Assembly (NCBI GenBank): GCA_048887225.1
Contig: JBHLJY010000003.1
Coordinates: 64,001-128,000 of the forward strand
Source of the DNA: Candidatus Hodarchaeota archaeon
GTDB taxonomy: Archaea; Asgardarchaeota; Lokiarchaeia; Sigyniarchaeales; SOKP01
Direction: 5' to 3'
DNA: 64,000 bases
Of this stretch, positions 19,960-29,384 are shown piece by piece. A program made the position numbers and the translations under genes. How positions within the stretch are numbered: position 1 is the stretch's first letter; every line of letters starts with the position of its first letter. The notes below the pieces were generated by a model that made no database searches, was not told the DNA's origin, and saw only the letters and a program-made list of their open reading frames with translations.

Positions 19960-20219
19960 TATATTATTTATATAAAATAATATTAGCCTTAAATTTTGAA
20001 TATGTATAAAGGCAGATATTTATATTTTTTCCTAACTATAATCGTTTTACTAACTTTAATCATTTGAATATTTGTTTAATTTAATTACTATTTTGTAAAG
20101 CTGAATAATTGAATACAATTAAGTCAGTCTTCTTAAAGAAAATTATTATTTTTAATCTAATATTTAAAATTCTAGATAAAATTTTTCAAATTATAAAGAA
20201 TTTATAAGAAGTGTGTTTT

Positions 20220-21593
20220 ATGGTAGAAAGCGTAAGTATATATGAAAAATATTTTAAAGATCCGAAGCGTGAACCTGTCTTAATTGATTATGTCAGGACG
20301 CCTATCGGAAAGAGAAGAGGGACAGTAGTCCGACATCGTGGCGATGATTTGGTAATACATTGCTATGAAACGCTTTTAAATCGGAATGATTTTGATAAAA
20401 GTGTTCTTGGTGATTCGATTGTTTCATGTAATAGTCAGATAGGTGAATGTGCACTAGACATTGGTAGAAACGCCGCTATGGGAGCACATTTACCTGTTTC
20501 TGTCCCAGGTTTCAGTGTAAATAGGCATTGTGCGAGTGGCGCTCAAGCTGTTTTATCTGGCTGGCAAGCTATTGCATGCGGTGCAATGGATGCTGTAATT
20601 TGTGGCGGTATAGAACTTCAAAATAAATATCCTATTATGGCGGACGCGTATGTATTTAATGAAGAATTAGGAAAACCTCTAATGGTTGCCCCAAATAAAA
20701 AGATTTTAACAAATCCTGAAGTTGCTGCTAAGTTAAAAGAATTTAATACAACATTATCAGGGCAAATTAATTCAGCTCACGTTTTAGGTATTCATTATTA
20801 CAGTAAACATAAAGGGATCTCAATGAATGAATTTAAAGGTGAGTATCGAGATGAGTTTAAACAAGAATTGGATCAAATATCATTACTTTCTCATCAAAAA
20901 GCATGTAGCACATACGATGATAGAGCTAAAGAAATTGAACCAATATGGTGCCCTAAACTTGACGAAAACGGAAAACCTATGCTTGACGAAAATAATAATG
21001 TTGCTCAAGATGAAAGTCTTTCTGTATTAACGACTCAAGATGAAGGACCTCGCCCAACTACAAGTATAGAAGCATTATCAAAACTAAAAACAATAATAGG
21101 GCGTAAAAGTCAAGCATTTTTAACGGCTGGAAACAGTTGTCCTACAAGCGATGGTGCTGCCGCACAAATCTGGATGACGAGAGGATTAGCTGAAGATTTA
21201 GGTCTTAACCCTAGAGCCACCATTTTAAATTTTGCTATTGTCGGTACTGACCCTGTATTAATGCTAGATGGTCCAGTTAGAGCTATGCCTGAAGCATTAA
21301 AGCGCGCTAACTTATCATTTGATGATATGGCTTTTATTGAAATTAACGAAGCTTTTAGTTCTGTTGTGTGGTCTTGTTGTAAAGAATTAGGGATAGATTG
21401 GAACGATCCAAGATTTAATCCATGGGGCGGAGCAATCGCACTAGGGCACCCAACAGGAATGACGGGATGCCGACTAATAGGTACAAATTTACACCAATTA
21501 GAGAAGGCTGGAAAAGAATACGCAATTAGTTCTATGTGCGTTGGATTTGGGATGTCTATAGCAACAATTGTAAAAAACGAAAATCCTAAATAA
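20220..21593 (+). CDS. Acetyl-CoA C-acyltransferase (thiolase)
   Basis: RTPIG, NRHCASG (catalytic Cys), TAGNS, EINEAF, GGAIALGHP, CVGFG; ATG at 20220 preferred over GTG at 20211. Confidence 0.93.
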   Translation: MVESVSIYEKYFKDPKREPVLIDYVRTPIGKRRGTVVRHRGDDLVIHCYETLLNRNDFDKSVLGDSIVSCNSQIGECALDIGRNAAMGAHLPVSVPGFSVNRHCASGAQAVLSGWQAIACGAMDAVICGGIELQNKYPIMADAYVFNEELGKPLMVAPNKKILTNPEVAAKLKEFNTTLSGQINSAHVLGIHYYSKHKGISMNEFKGEYRDEFKQELDQISLLSHQKACSTYDDRAKEIEPIWCPKLDENGKPMLDENNNVAQDESLSVLTTQDEGPRPTTSIEALSKLKTIIGRKSQAFLTAGNSCPTSDGAAAQIWMTRGLAEDLGLNPRATILNFAIVGTDPVLMLDGPVRAMPEALKRANLSFDDMAFIEINEAFSSVVWSCCKELGIDWNDPRFNPWGGAIALGHPTGMTGCRLIGTNLHQLEKAGKEYAISSMCVGFGMSIATIVKNENPK

Positions 21594-21672
21594 GATTCTT
21601 ATTTTTTTTCTTTTTTTTTGATTAAAGAATTAATAAAAAATCATCTATTTGATAATTATTTTTTGAGAAATA

Positions 21673-21792
21673 CTAAAAATCAAAGAATAGATCTTCTAAT
21701 ATTGTTAAGATCTCATCCATCTGAGCTGTTTTTTTCTTTATTATTTCTATTTTCCTTAATTTCAAATGATTGTTGGATCTAACTGTATTCAT
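21673..21792 (-). CDS. Candidate 39-aa small protein (MNTVRSNNHLKLRKIEIIKKKTAQMDEILTILEDLFFDF)
   Basis: ATG-to-TAG frame in an otherwise empty gap downstream of tRNA-Leu; amphipathic helical pattern. Confidence 0.4.
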   Translation of the reverse strand: MNTVRSNNHLKLRKIEIIKKKTAQMDEILTILEDLFFDF

Positions 21793-21868
21793 TTTTAAAT
21801 ATAATTCCGAAATAAATTTAAATAATATTTCAATAAAACAAGAGTATTATAACCAGCTTTTACAAATA

Positions 21869-22013
21869 TGGAGGGAGTGGGAAATCCGAGAATCGAGGAG
21901 ATCTCGAAAGTTTTCGAACCCACGAAGGCCTATGCCACTGGATCTTAAGTCCAGCACCTCTAATCGGTCTTGACCCATATCAAGAGAGTTTGACCAGGCT
22001 CGGTAATCCCTCC
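21869..22013 (-). tRNA. tRNA-Leu(UAA) with two non-canonical introns (21960-21989 at position ~21/22; 21883-21912 at position 59/60)
   Basis: Exons join to GGAGGGAUUACCGAGCCUGGUCAA|AGGUGCUGGACUUAAGAUCCAGUGGCAUAGGCCUUCGUGGGUUCGAA|UCCCACUCCCUCCA, a full cloverleaf with long variable arm; anticodon at 21945-21947. Confidence 0.92.
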
Positions 22014-22241
22014 AGCTAAATTATAACAGATCGAAATCATATAGCGAATTTACTTTCTTAGCTGTTAAAGACAATAATTTAAAATAAAAATTTAGATTTA
22101 AAATTTATCTTTGCTATAGATTTAAATAATACCAAGATATTAAAATAGTGATAACAAGATAAGTTTTATATAAACTGAGATTCATTTCTAATTTAACTAT
22201 TATAAAAAAATTATTATTTAGATTAAAACGAGGTTAGTATT

Positions 22242-22619
22242 TTGCCTATTGGTATCTTAATAATTAGATGGGATAATGAAATAGGGCCTATAAACGAAGG
22301 ATTTTATCCTGATAATTTAAAAATTACAAACAACTTGTTGACACAAGTATATTCAAGTCATAGATATCAATCTTTAAAGCCTGGTTTTGCTTCAATCTCC
22401 CTCAAAAATAATAAAGTAGTATCGTTTTTCTCTGGAGTTGGTGAGGATCATATTTCTGTCGAAAACCATGTAATTGCGCTTTTATTACGTCGTGATGAAA
22501 AACCCAATAAATATAGGGAAATTTTAAAAAAAATTGCGGCAGAACTTCTTGATAAAATTCCCGATGGTACGTTTAAAGGCTCCCTACCTGATTTGTATCA
22601 AGAATTAGCAAAAGTGTAG
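22242..22619 (+). CDS. Small longin/uDENN-like domain protein (Asgard eukaryotic-signature type)
   Basis: N-terminal beta-strand-WDNEIGP...FYP motif, beta-sheet core and C-terminal helices; TTG start after GAGGT. Confidence 0.6.
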   Translation: MPIGILIIRWDNEIGPINEGFYPDNLKITNNLLTQVYSSHRYQSLKPGFASISLKNNKVVSFFSGVGEDHISVENHVIALLLRRDEKPNKYREILKKIAAELLDKIPDGTFKGSLPDLYQELAKV

Positions 22620-22720
22620 TGTTTAAGATATTTCTAATAATTTTCATGAAATATAGCTTTTTTTATTACAAAATAGACAAATATTATAAAGAACAATAAA
22701 ATAATAAGAAAATAAAGTCT

Positions 22721-23824
22721 CTATTCAAATTTTTTGGCCGTTATTTTTCCATCAGCGCTCATTTCGACAGCTCCGATTTTTTGCAATCGGTCAACATCTC
22801 TTTTCACTGTTACCATTGGCGTACCCACAGCACCTCTTAGATCTTCCAAAGAAATTGAACCGACATCTTGGATTATAAAAAAAGATTTAAAAATCGGATC
22901 CTCTTCCATTATTGGCCTTAATGTATCAAGGAAAAATATTTTTGAAAAATTCTCTTCCTTGAACTTCTTTAGGTCAACAATACTTTGTTCAAAATTTTTA
23001 ATTTTTTCATTAGCTTCATTGTTTTTATCGCTTAATTCGCTTAATGTGCTTTTCATCTCATTATACTTTTCAGCCATATCTTTCGCTTCAGCTATTTTTT
23101 CTTTATACTCTATATTTTGCTCTAATAATTGAGTTTCCAATTTTGATATTTCTTGCTTTAATTTTTGTTTTTCTTCTGAATGTTCTAATTTTAAATCTTC
23201 AACTACTTTTATTTTTTGATCTACCAATTGAGTTTCCAATTTTGATATTTCTTGTTTTAATTTTTGTCTTTCTTCTGAATGTTTGATTTTTAAATCGTCA
23301 ACTACTGTTTTAGGAATACCTGCTTTGAAATCCTCCAACTGTGCTTTTAAAGCTTCAGCTTCTGATTCTGCCTCTTTTATTCTATTTGATAAAGTTTTTA
23401 AAGTTTCATTTTTTGCATTAACTTCTGTATTTTTTCCTGCCAATTCTGCTTTTAGATCTCCAATCGTTTCAAGAGCAGCTTCTATTTTTATTTGAGTAGG
23501 ATTCATGCGTTTTATTGTTAATTCTAATTCTTTTTGAGCTTGAACCATTGAACCTTTAGTATGATCTAATTCTAAATCCTTTTCTCTAAGTTGGGCTCGT
23601 TGTTCGCCTATAATTCTTTTTAATTCTATTATATCATCTGGTATATCATCTATTTCGGCTAATTTTGATTTCTGCTCATCCAAGAGAGCTGTCTGTTCAC
23701 TTATAATTTTTTTCTGTCTCTCAACTAATTCAGTTAAACGCCCTATTTTTTCTTCCATGCGTGCTGTCATGTCTTGGCTTTTTTCGAGGTTATCAAGAGT
23801 TTTTCTTAAATCTTTTTTTGCCAT
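22721..23824 (-). CDS. Long coiled-coil protein with C-terminal winged-helix domain
   Basis: About 290 aa of heptad-rich E/K sequence, then GSISLEDLRGAVGTPMVTVKRDVDRLQKIGAVEM. Confidence 0.7.
   Translation of the reverse strand: MAKKDLRKTLDNLEKSQDMTARMEEKIGRLTELVERQKKIISEQTALLDEQKSKLAEIDDIPDDIIELKRIIGEQRAQLREKDLELDHTKGSMVQAQKELELTIKRMNPTQIKIEAALETIGDLKAELAGKNTEVNAKNETLKTLSNRIKEAESEAEALKAQLEDFKAGIPKTVVDDLKIKHSEERQKLKQEISKLETQLVDQKIKVVEDLKLEHSEEKQKLKQEISKLETQLLEQNIEYKEKIAEAKDMAEKYNEMKSTLSELSDKNNEANEKIKNFEQSIVDLKKFKEENFSKIFFLDTLRPIMEEDPIFKSFFIIQDVGSISLEDLRGAVGTPMVTVKRDVDRLQKIGAVEMSADGKITAKKFE
23110..23307. repeat. Two-copy 99-bp (33-aa) in-frame tandem repeat
   Basis: AATTGAGTTTCCAATTTTGATATTTCTTG recurs at 23127 and 23226. 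Confidence 0.9.
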
Positions 23825-24089
23825 CGTGATCTTTTCTTCTTTATATTAATTTTAAATCGTAAGTATTAAATGATAATGGAATTATTTATTTTTTTCCATC
23901 AAATATCTATAACTAATAATAGGGTAATCTTTTAAATTGTTATCAAATTATTTAAAATTTTAGTCGATTTACTTTAAATAATTTATTACGATTAAAAGGT
24001 GATTTCATTTTTCAGCTATATATTTTAAATCTAAAATATCTAATCTTTTTATCCTAATATCTTATAATTATAAAAATGAAACCGAGAGA

Positions 24090-24584
24090 TTGGTTTTAAA
24101 CTCTATTATTTTTTTTAAAAATAAAAAAGATATATTAGATTACATTGAAACTAATGATTTGAATTTAAAGAAAAATATTAGTCCAAATGAAGATATTTTA
24201 CTACAAAATCTATTTATTTTAATTAGCAATTATTTTTCAGGTAAAAAATTCAGTTTGTACCAAAAAATTAAAGATTTAAAAATAGATTTAAATCTAAAAG
24301 ATAAATTTTCAACAGAATTTGCTTTAAAGGTTATTAATCACATATTAAGCATTAAATATGGTGAAGTTACAACTTATTCAGATATAGGAAAAGAAATAGG
24401 TTCAAAAGCCTATAGAGCAATAGGAAATGTTTTAAAAAAGAATCCTTTACCTCTTATTATTCCTTGTCATCGGATTATAAGAAAAAATGGAAAAATCGGG
24501 GGTTTTATGGGAAAAATGAATAATACATGGCAACAGAATCTTAAGAAATATTTATTAAATTTGGAAAGGCAAAAATCTATTTAA
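24090..24584 (+). CDS. ogt: Methylated-DNA-protein-cysteine methyltransferase (frame open from 24003; true start uncertain)
   Basis: YGEVTTYSDI, RAIG, NPLPLIIPCHRI. Confidence 0.9.
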   Translation: MVLNSIIFFKNKKDILDYIETNDLNLKKNISPNEDILLQNLFILISNYFSGKKFSLYQKIKDLKIDLNLKDKFSTEFALKVINHILSIKYGEVTTYSDIGKEIGSKAYRAIGNVLKKNPLPLIIPCHRIIRKNGKIGGFMGKMNNTWQQNLKKYLLNLERQKSI

Positions 24585-24598
24585 ACATTAAGTCCTTT

Positions 24599-25636
24599 TT
24601 AAAACACACCCGTTCTAATATCAAAAACAGTTCCTACAGAACAATTAAAAGCTTTAGTGTTGAGAATTCTTGATGTATTTATTTCATGAATAAATCTCTC
24701 TCCAGTGCAATGAATAGGAAAAAGATATAAAAACTTGTAATTTTCTTGAAATGTTTTTAAGTATCTTATTGTAGCTCTAATTCTTTCCATCGGAGCGTTG
24801 GCCAAGTGAATTCCTCCTATAATATGAGTTATTAATTTATCAGTCGAATCTTTTACATAATCTATGGTATTCATAATTCCAGAATGACAACACCCTGTTA
24901 ACAATACCACATTTTCATTATACTCGAAAATTAAGCATTTATCATCTAAAATCTTATCTGCTTCAAGTGTTCCTTCTTGAAGTGAGAAAAAATTGTTAAA
25001 ATCTTCTTCCTCGTATTTTCTTGGTATTTCACCACTTACGGTGATTTTTAAATTTTCATCCTTAAATAGCTCGTAAGGATGTCTTGAAAAAAACATACTC
25101 CCACTTAAATCTTTAATTTTTTCTAAATCCACTGGCTCTTGATTTACTATCTTAGATGTATTTAATAAATGTAAAATTTCTTCCCGGGTTTTGCCTTCCA
25201 AATCATTATTTTTAATTTCTTCAGAGCGTCTAAAAAAGCGTTCATATTTTGCATCATTATGGCAAATAATTGTAATATCTCTTTCAATTCGTTTTAAAAT
25301 CTCATTTAATCCACCAATATGGTCGTGATGCCAGTGTGATAGAACAATATAGTCAACCTCATGAACACTGTAATTTCTAATATCTAAATTATGTAAGAAA
25401 GTTAAATTGGTTCCACCAGTATCAAAAATGATTTTTTTTTTCAATTTTGGCCCCCATTGATCGTCAAGGTCATCCATATCATAAATATTAATTAAAAATC
25501 CTAAACCATGCTCAGCCAACGACTTATTAGCAAAAAACTTATTCAAATCTATAAAATCTAAATTGTATATTTTTTGGAGTTGTTGAAATGGTAAAACAAC
25601 ATTGTTCGCTAGAAGAATTATTTCTGTTTTAATCAT
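24599..25636 (-). CDS. MBL-fold hydrolase (MJ0301 / dihydropteroate-synthase-like family)
   Basis: AEHGL, FDTG, SHWHHDHIGG, GCCHSG, GGIHL, HCTG. Confidence 0.85.
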   Translation of the reverse strand: MIKTEIILLANNVVLPFQQLQKIYNLDFIDLNKFFANKSLAEHGLGFLINIYDMDDLDDQWGPKLKKKIIFDTGGTNLTFLHNLDIRNYSVHEVDYIVLSHWHHDHIGGLNEILKRIERDITIICHNDAKYERFFRRSEEIKNNDLEGKTREEILHLLNTSKIVNQEPVDLEKIKDLSGSMFFSRHPYELFKDENLKITVSGEIPRKYEEEDFNNFFSLQEGTLEADKILDDKCLIFEYNENVVLLTGCCHSGIMNTIDYVKDSTDKLITHIIGGIHLANAPMERIRATIRYLKTFQENYKFLYLFPIHCTGERFIHEINTSRILNTKAFNCSVGTVFDIRTGVF

Positions 25637-25651
25637 TTGAAAATTAACTCC

Positions 25652-26605
25652 CTACAGAAATAATATTATATAATTTCCTAGAATAATTAAACCCACCGCG
25701 ATTATGAATCTTTTTCTAAATTTCTCCTTTAAAATAAGAATTGAAAAAATTTGTTGAACCATTGGTGTGTTTGCTGTTATTGTACTTGTCAGTACTAATC
25801 CATTTATTTCTGCAGCTTTATAAAATAACGAATCAGCAAAGCCTAAAGATAAAGATCCAGCAATTCCGATATAAGCGTAATACTTTAAATATTTTTTATT
25901 TTCCTTTTTAAAGCCAGAATAGTATTCTCTTTGAGATATACCTAATAAAGCTGTGCTAACTGTGGCAAAAGCGATTCGAATGAAATTAGTGACAAATACA
26001 TCACCACTAATAATTCTTGCTTGATGAAAAGAGACCATTGCAAGTGCCCAAAAGAATGCAGTTCCAATAGCAAAAATAATTCCTATAATAATCTTCTCAG
26101 ATTCCTTTTGTTTTAACTCATTTTCTTCAATTGAATGAGTATCATTTTGTTTTTCTACCTCTTTATCTTTTTTAATTAATAAAAAAACGCTTGAAAGGAT
26201 TAATATACCTCCTATAAAAATTGAGATTGTAATATTTTCACCAAATAAGAAATATGCAAAAGGATAAACAAAAACTAGTGAAATTTGCGTTAATGGATAT
26301 GCCCTGGAAGCATCAATTTTTTTTAATGAAGCAAAGTAAAATATATCACCAATTGTTACTGTAACTCCAGAGATTAAACAAGCAATTAAAAATATATATA
26401 ATTCCTCTTCATTTAATTCAGGAAAAAATTGATAATTTCCAAGAACTAAAGAGATAAGAAGAGTAAAAGCGCTAACACAACATAGTCTAAATAGTATTGT
26501 TCCCTTTGGATCCGTTTTTTCTAATCCTTTTTTATATACCAATGATGCAATAGCCCATGTAAAAATAGCGTCAAGGGCTAATATATATCCAATTAATTCT
26601 GGCAT
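25652..26605 (-). CDS. DMT/EamA family transporter
   Basis: 10 TM segments in two EamA repeats (ASRAYP, LFGE, LKEK). Confidence 0.88.
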   Translation of the reverse strand: MPELIGYILALDAIFTWAIASLVYKKGLEKTDPKGTILFRLCCVSAFTLLISLVLGNYQFFPELNEEELYIFLIACLISGVTVTIGDIFYFASLKKIDASRAYPLTQISLVFVYPFAYFLFGENITISIFIGGILILSSVFLLIKKDKEVEKQNDTHSIEENELKQKESEKIIIGIIFAIGTAFFWALAMVSFHQARIISGDVFVTNFIRIAFATVSTALLGISQREYYSGFKKENKKYLKYYAYIGIAGSLSLGFADSLFYKAAEINGLVLTSTITANTPMVQQIFSILILKEKFRKRFIIAVGLIILGNYIILFL

Positions 26606-26643
26606 TTAATTCGACTAACTAGTTATTTATTTTTATATATTAC

Positions 26644-27207
26644 TTATTTTAGAGAATCATCAATTATTTTTCCGATCAAAATTCTATTAATATATATACC
26701 CTCTTTTAATTTAGCTCCATATTTCCTTCTACCTTCGATTTGATATTTTAACTTCTCAACATATAACTTTTCTGCCATTAGATTGTTATTAAAATATTCA
26801 GTTTCCAGTTTTTTAAGTCCTCTTTCTTTTGCGATATTCTCTATTATTAAAAGTAATCTCGTTCCTAAACCCTTATTTTGAAACTCAGGATGGATTGCTA
26901 TACCCCATTTCCCGATATGACCCATTTTTTTATTTCTAAGGTTTAATTCCAAGTTAGCAGTAGCTATAATTTTTCCATTATATATGGCCCCTATCATAAT
27001 ATAATTGTCTTTATTTGACATTATTATTTCAAAATTTCTTCTATCTTGCTCTAAATTTTCCTTATCAAACTCTAAAGCTAGATATTTATTTACTTGATTA
27101 AGCCAACTGTGAACATATTCATAATTTTTATTGATTTTGTAATCATCCATCGTTAATCTTTTGATGATTACGACTCTTCCGTCTTTTATTTTAAACTCTT
27201 CAATCAT
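26644..27207 (-). CDS. GNAT family N-acetyltransferase
   Basis: IHPEFQNKGLGTRLL, N..AEKLY..F/YQIEG. Confidence 0.9.
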   Translation of the reverse strand: MIEEFKIKDGRVVIIKRLTMDDYKINKNYEYVHSWLNQVNKYLALEFDKENLEQDRRNFEIIMSNKDNYIMIGAIYNGKIIATANLELNLRNKKMGHIGKWGIAIHPEFQNKGLGTRLLLIIENIAKERGLKKLETEYFNNNLMAEKLYVEKLKYQIEGRRKYGAKLKEGIYINRILIGKIIDDSLK

Positions 27208-27345
27208 ATCTCTTTATTTAATCGATTTTAATTTTAACTAGTTTTAAATAATTTTAAAAGTATATTAAAAATAAGTTAAATGAATGCTTAGCCGTTTTAT
27301 AATCTTATTTGAATTTCTTCAATTTAGTAATGAAATGTGATTTAA

Positions 27346-27615
27346 TTGAATTTTATCGAATTAATAAAAGAATTGATTCTAATTCATTGCGCAAGAGGTC
27401 CACTGAGGTGTGACAAATGCAAAAAATTGGTCGCGAAAGGAAAAAAATTCTGTTTAATCAAAGCTTATTTAAAAGCAGGAAAAATTGCTCGACCTATGAC
27501 TCAAATTAATATCAACAATGAGGAAGTATTTTGTGAATACGACGTTGAAAAAGTGTTTGTAGACGAAAATAAAGCAAAGAAATATGCTATAAATAATGGG
27601 ATAGAAATTCAATAG
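27346..27615 (+). CDS. Hypothetical small Cys-containing protein
   Basis: HC...CDKC motif; TTG start after GTGA. Confidence 0.55.
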   Translation: MNFIELIKELILIHCARGPLRCDKCKKLVAKGKKFCLIKAYLKAGKIARPMTQININNEEVFCEYDVEKVFVDENKAKKYAINNGIEIQ

Positions 27616-27680
27616 TCCAATATGAGAATTTATTTTTAATTTGGAGAAATTTAATATATTTTAAGTTATTTTATGAAATT

Positions 27681-28385
27681 ATGAGAAAAGAAGATATATT
27701 AAGGTCTATAGATGCTAATGTCCTAAGGGACTCTAATATTCAAAAAATAGACCTAAGTAAAAATCAAAAGATAAATAAATCATTAACGTTTAGTTCAGGA
27801 ACGACCACTGTTGGCTTAAAATGTAAAGATGTAGTTGTCTTAGGCACTGATAAAAGAGCTACGATGGCATACTTTATTGCTAGTAAAATATCTGAAAAAT
27901 TATTCAAGATCCAAGATCATTTATGGATGACAACAGCGGGATCTGTGGCTGATTCTCAGTATATCATTGACATAATAAGGGCAGAAACAACGATATATCA
28001 ACTTCAAAAAGAAAAACCAGTTCCTATAAAATCAGCTGGAAAAATGTTGTCAAATCTTCTCTATAGATATAAATTATTTCCCTTTCAAGTTGGTCTTATT
28101 TTAGGAGGCGTGACCAGAGAAGAAGGCCCCGTATTATTGGATATAGGCGCTTATGGTTCAATTTTACCAGAAAAATACGTTGCTGTAGGGAGCGGACAGA
28201 ATTTTTCTTATGGTGTGTTAGAAGCTAAGTATAAAGAGGGATTATCAGTTGAAGAAGGGAAAAAAATCGTCAAGTCAGCTGTAACATCTTCAATAATCCG
28301 AGATATGGCAAGTGGGAATGGAATTGATATTGTTGTTGTTAAAGAGAAGGGTCCCGCAGAAAAGGAGTTTATTTCAATAAAATAA
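27681..28385 (+). CDS. psmB: Proteasome beta subunit
   Basis: Propeptide then SG/TTTVG, DKRAT, AGSVAD, GSG, RDMASG. Confidence 0.95.
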   Translation: MRKEDILRSIDANVLRDSNIQKIDLSKNQKINKSLTFSSGTTTVGLKCKDVVVLGTDKRATMAYFIASKISEKLFKIQDHLWMTTAGSVADSQYIIDIIRAETTIYQLQKEKPVPIKSAGKMLSNLLYRYKLFPFQVGLILGGVTREEGPVLLDIGAYGSILPEKYVAVGSGQNFSYGVLEAKYKEGLSVEEGKKIVKSAVTSSIIRDMASGNGIDIVVVKEKGPAEKEFISIK

Positions 28386-28638
28386 TGTGGATTCTGCATT
28401 CTTAAGAGTAATCCATAATTTTGCTTTGAATTTTGTATTTTCCCATTATTTTTCTTTTAATAATTACCCTCACTATTTATTAAGTTTTTTCTTTAAGAAT
28501 AAAGTTTAAAAATATAAAATTTTCTAATTTTAATGATTCTAGTAAATTTATTAATAATAGCATATCTTTATAAAGATAAATTACATAATTAAGTCAAAAT
28601 AGTAAACTAATAGATTAATATTGTTTTTGTGAAGAAAT

Positions 28639-29370
28639 TTGACACCTCTACGTGTAATCGTTGATTTATCACATAACGAAAAATTAGAAGATTTTCCGGA
28701 GTTTTCTTTAGGTGAAGACGATTACGATGTTGATTATATAGATAAAACTGATGCTTTCATTGATTTTGATTTAGAAGACTATGATCTTTTATTTATTGGA
28801 AATATTTCCCATTCAAAAAAAAAAAAATCTTCTTTTTTTATACCAGATGAATTAAAGCAAATAAAAAGATTTGTAGGTGAAGGTGGTGGTTTATTATTAA
28901 CATCTGGTGCAGGTGGAGATCAAGATATTCCTATGAAACAAGGTTCTATTAGAGTATTATATAAAGTAACAGGAGTTCGAAGATTTTGGAATGGCAGAAT
29001 ATTAGAATCGGGTACTAATTTCTTAGTAAAAAAAAAAAATGTTTTGATTACTGAATTGTTTTCCCATCCAATTACTAAAGGAATTACAGAATTAGTATTT
29101 CCTAATTGTACATTTTTTAATTTGACAGAAGAAGAAGTTGAAGATATAATAGTAACTTCAGAAAAAGCAGAATTTCAATATCACAACGATGATGATATTG
29201 ATGAAGTAGGACAAGTGCCTATATGTGTTGTTAGTGAATTCTTTAATGGAAGATGTGTAACGATTGGCTCCTCAGATTGGCTAATTGAAGATAGCGACTA
29301 CGGCTTAGACGCGGGGGATAATCTCAAGTTCTTGGAAAATATTATTAAATGGTTATCTTTTGAAATATAA
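28639..29370 (+). CDS. GIFT/GATase-like domain protein (IFT52-N/GldG/DUF4350-like)
   Basis: VIVDLSHNE, YDLLFI, ELKQIKRFVGEGGGLLL, GRCVTIGSS, DNLKFLENIIKWL. Confidence 0.65.
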   Translation: MTPLRVIVDLSHNEKLEDFPEFSLGEDDYDVDYIDKTDAFIDFDLEDYDLLFIGNISHSKKKKSSFFIPDELKQIKRFVGEGGGLLLTSGAGGDQDIPMKQGSIRVLYKVTGVRRFWNGRILESGTNFLVKKKNVLITELFSHPITKGITELVFPNCTFFNLTEEEVEDIIVTSEKAEFQYHNDDDIDEVGQVPICVVSEFFNGRCVTIGSSDWLIEDSDYGLDAGDNLKFLENIIKWLSFEI

Positions 29371-29384
29371 AAATTTTTTCTACT

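Noticed and set aside
21770-21973. 67-aa plus-strand ORF
   Set aside because: It is antisense to the intron-containing tRNA-Leu and the small minus-strand ORF, with no protein features
22721-23824. SMC/Rad50 call for the coiled-coil protein
   Set aside because: No Walker A/B motifs, signature motif, hinge or zinc hook
28400-28475. Short minus-strand ORF (about 14-23 codons) downstream of psmB
   Set aside because: Too short, no convincing SD, and expected by chance in AT-rich DNA
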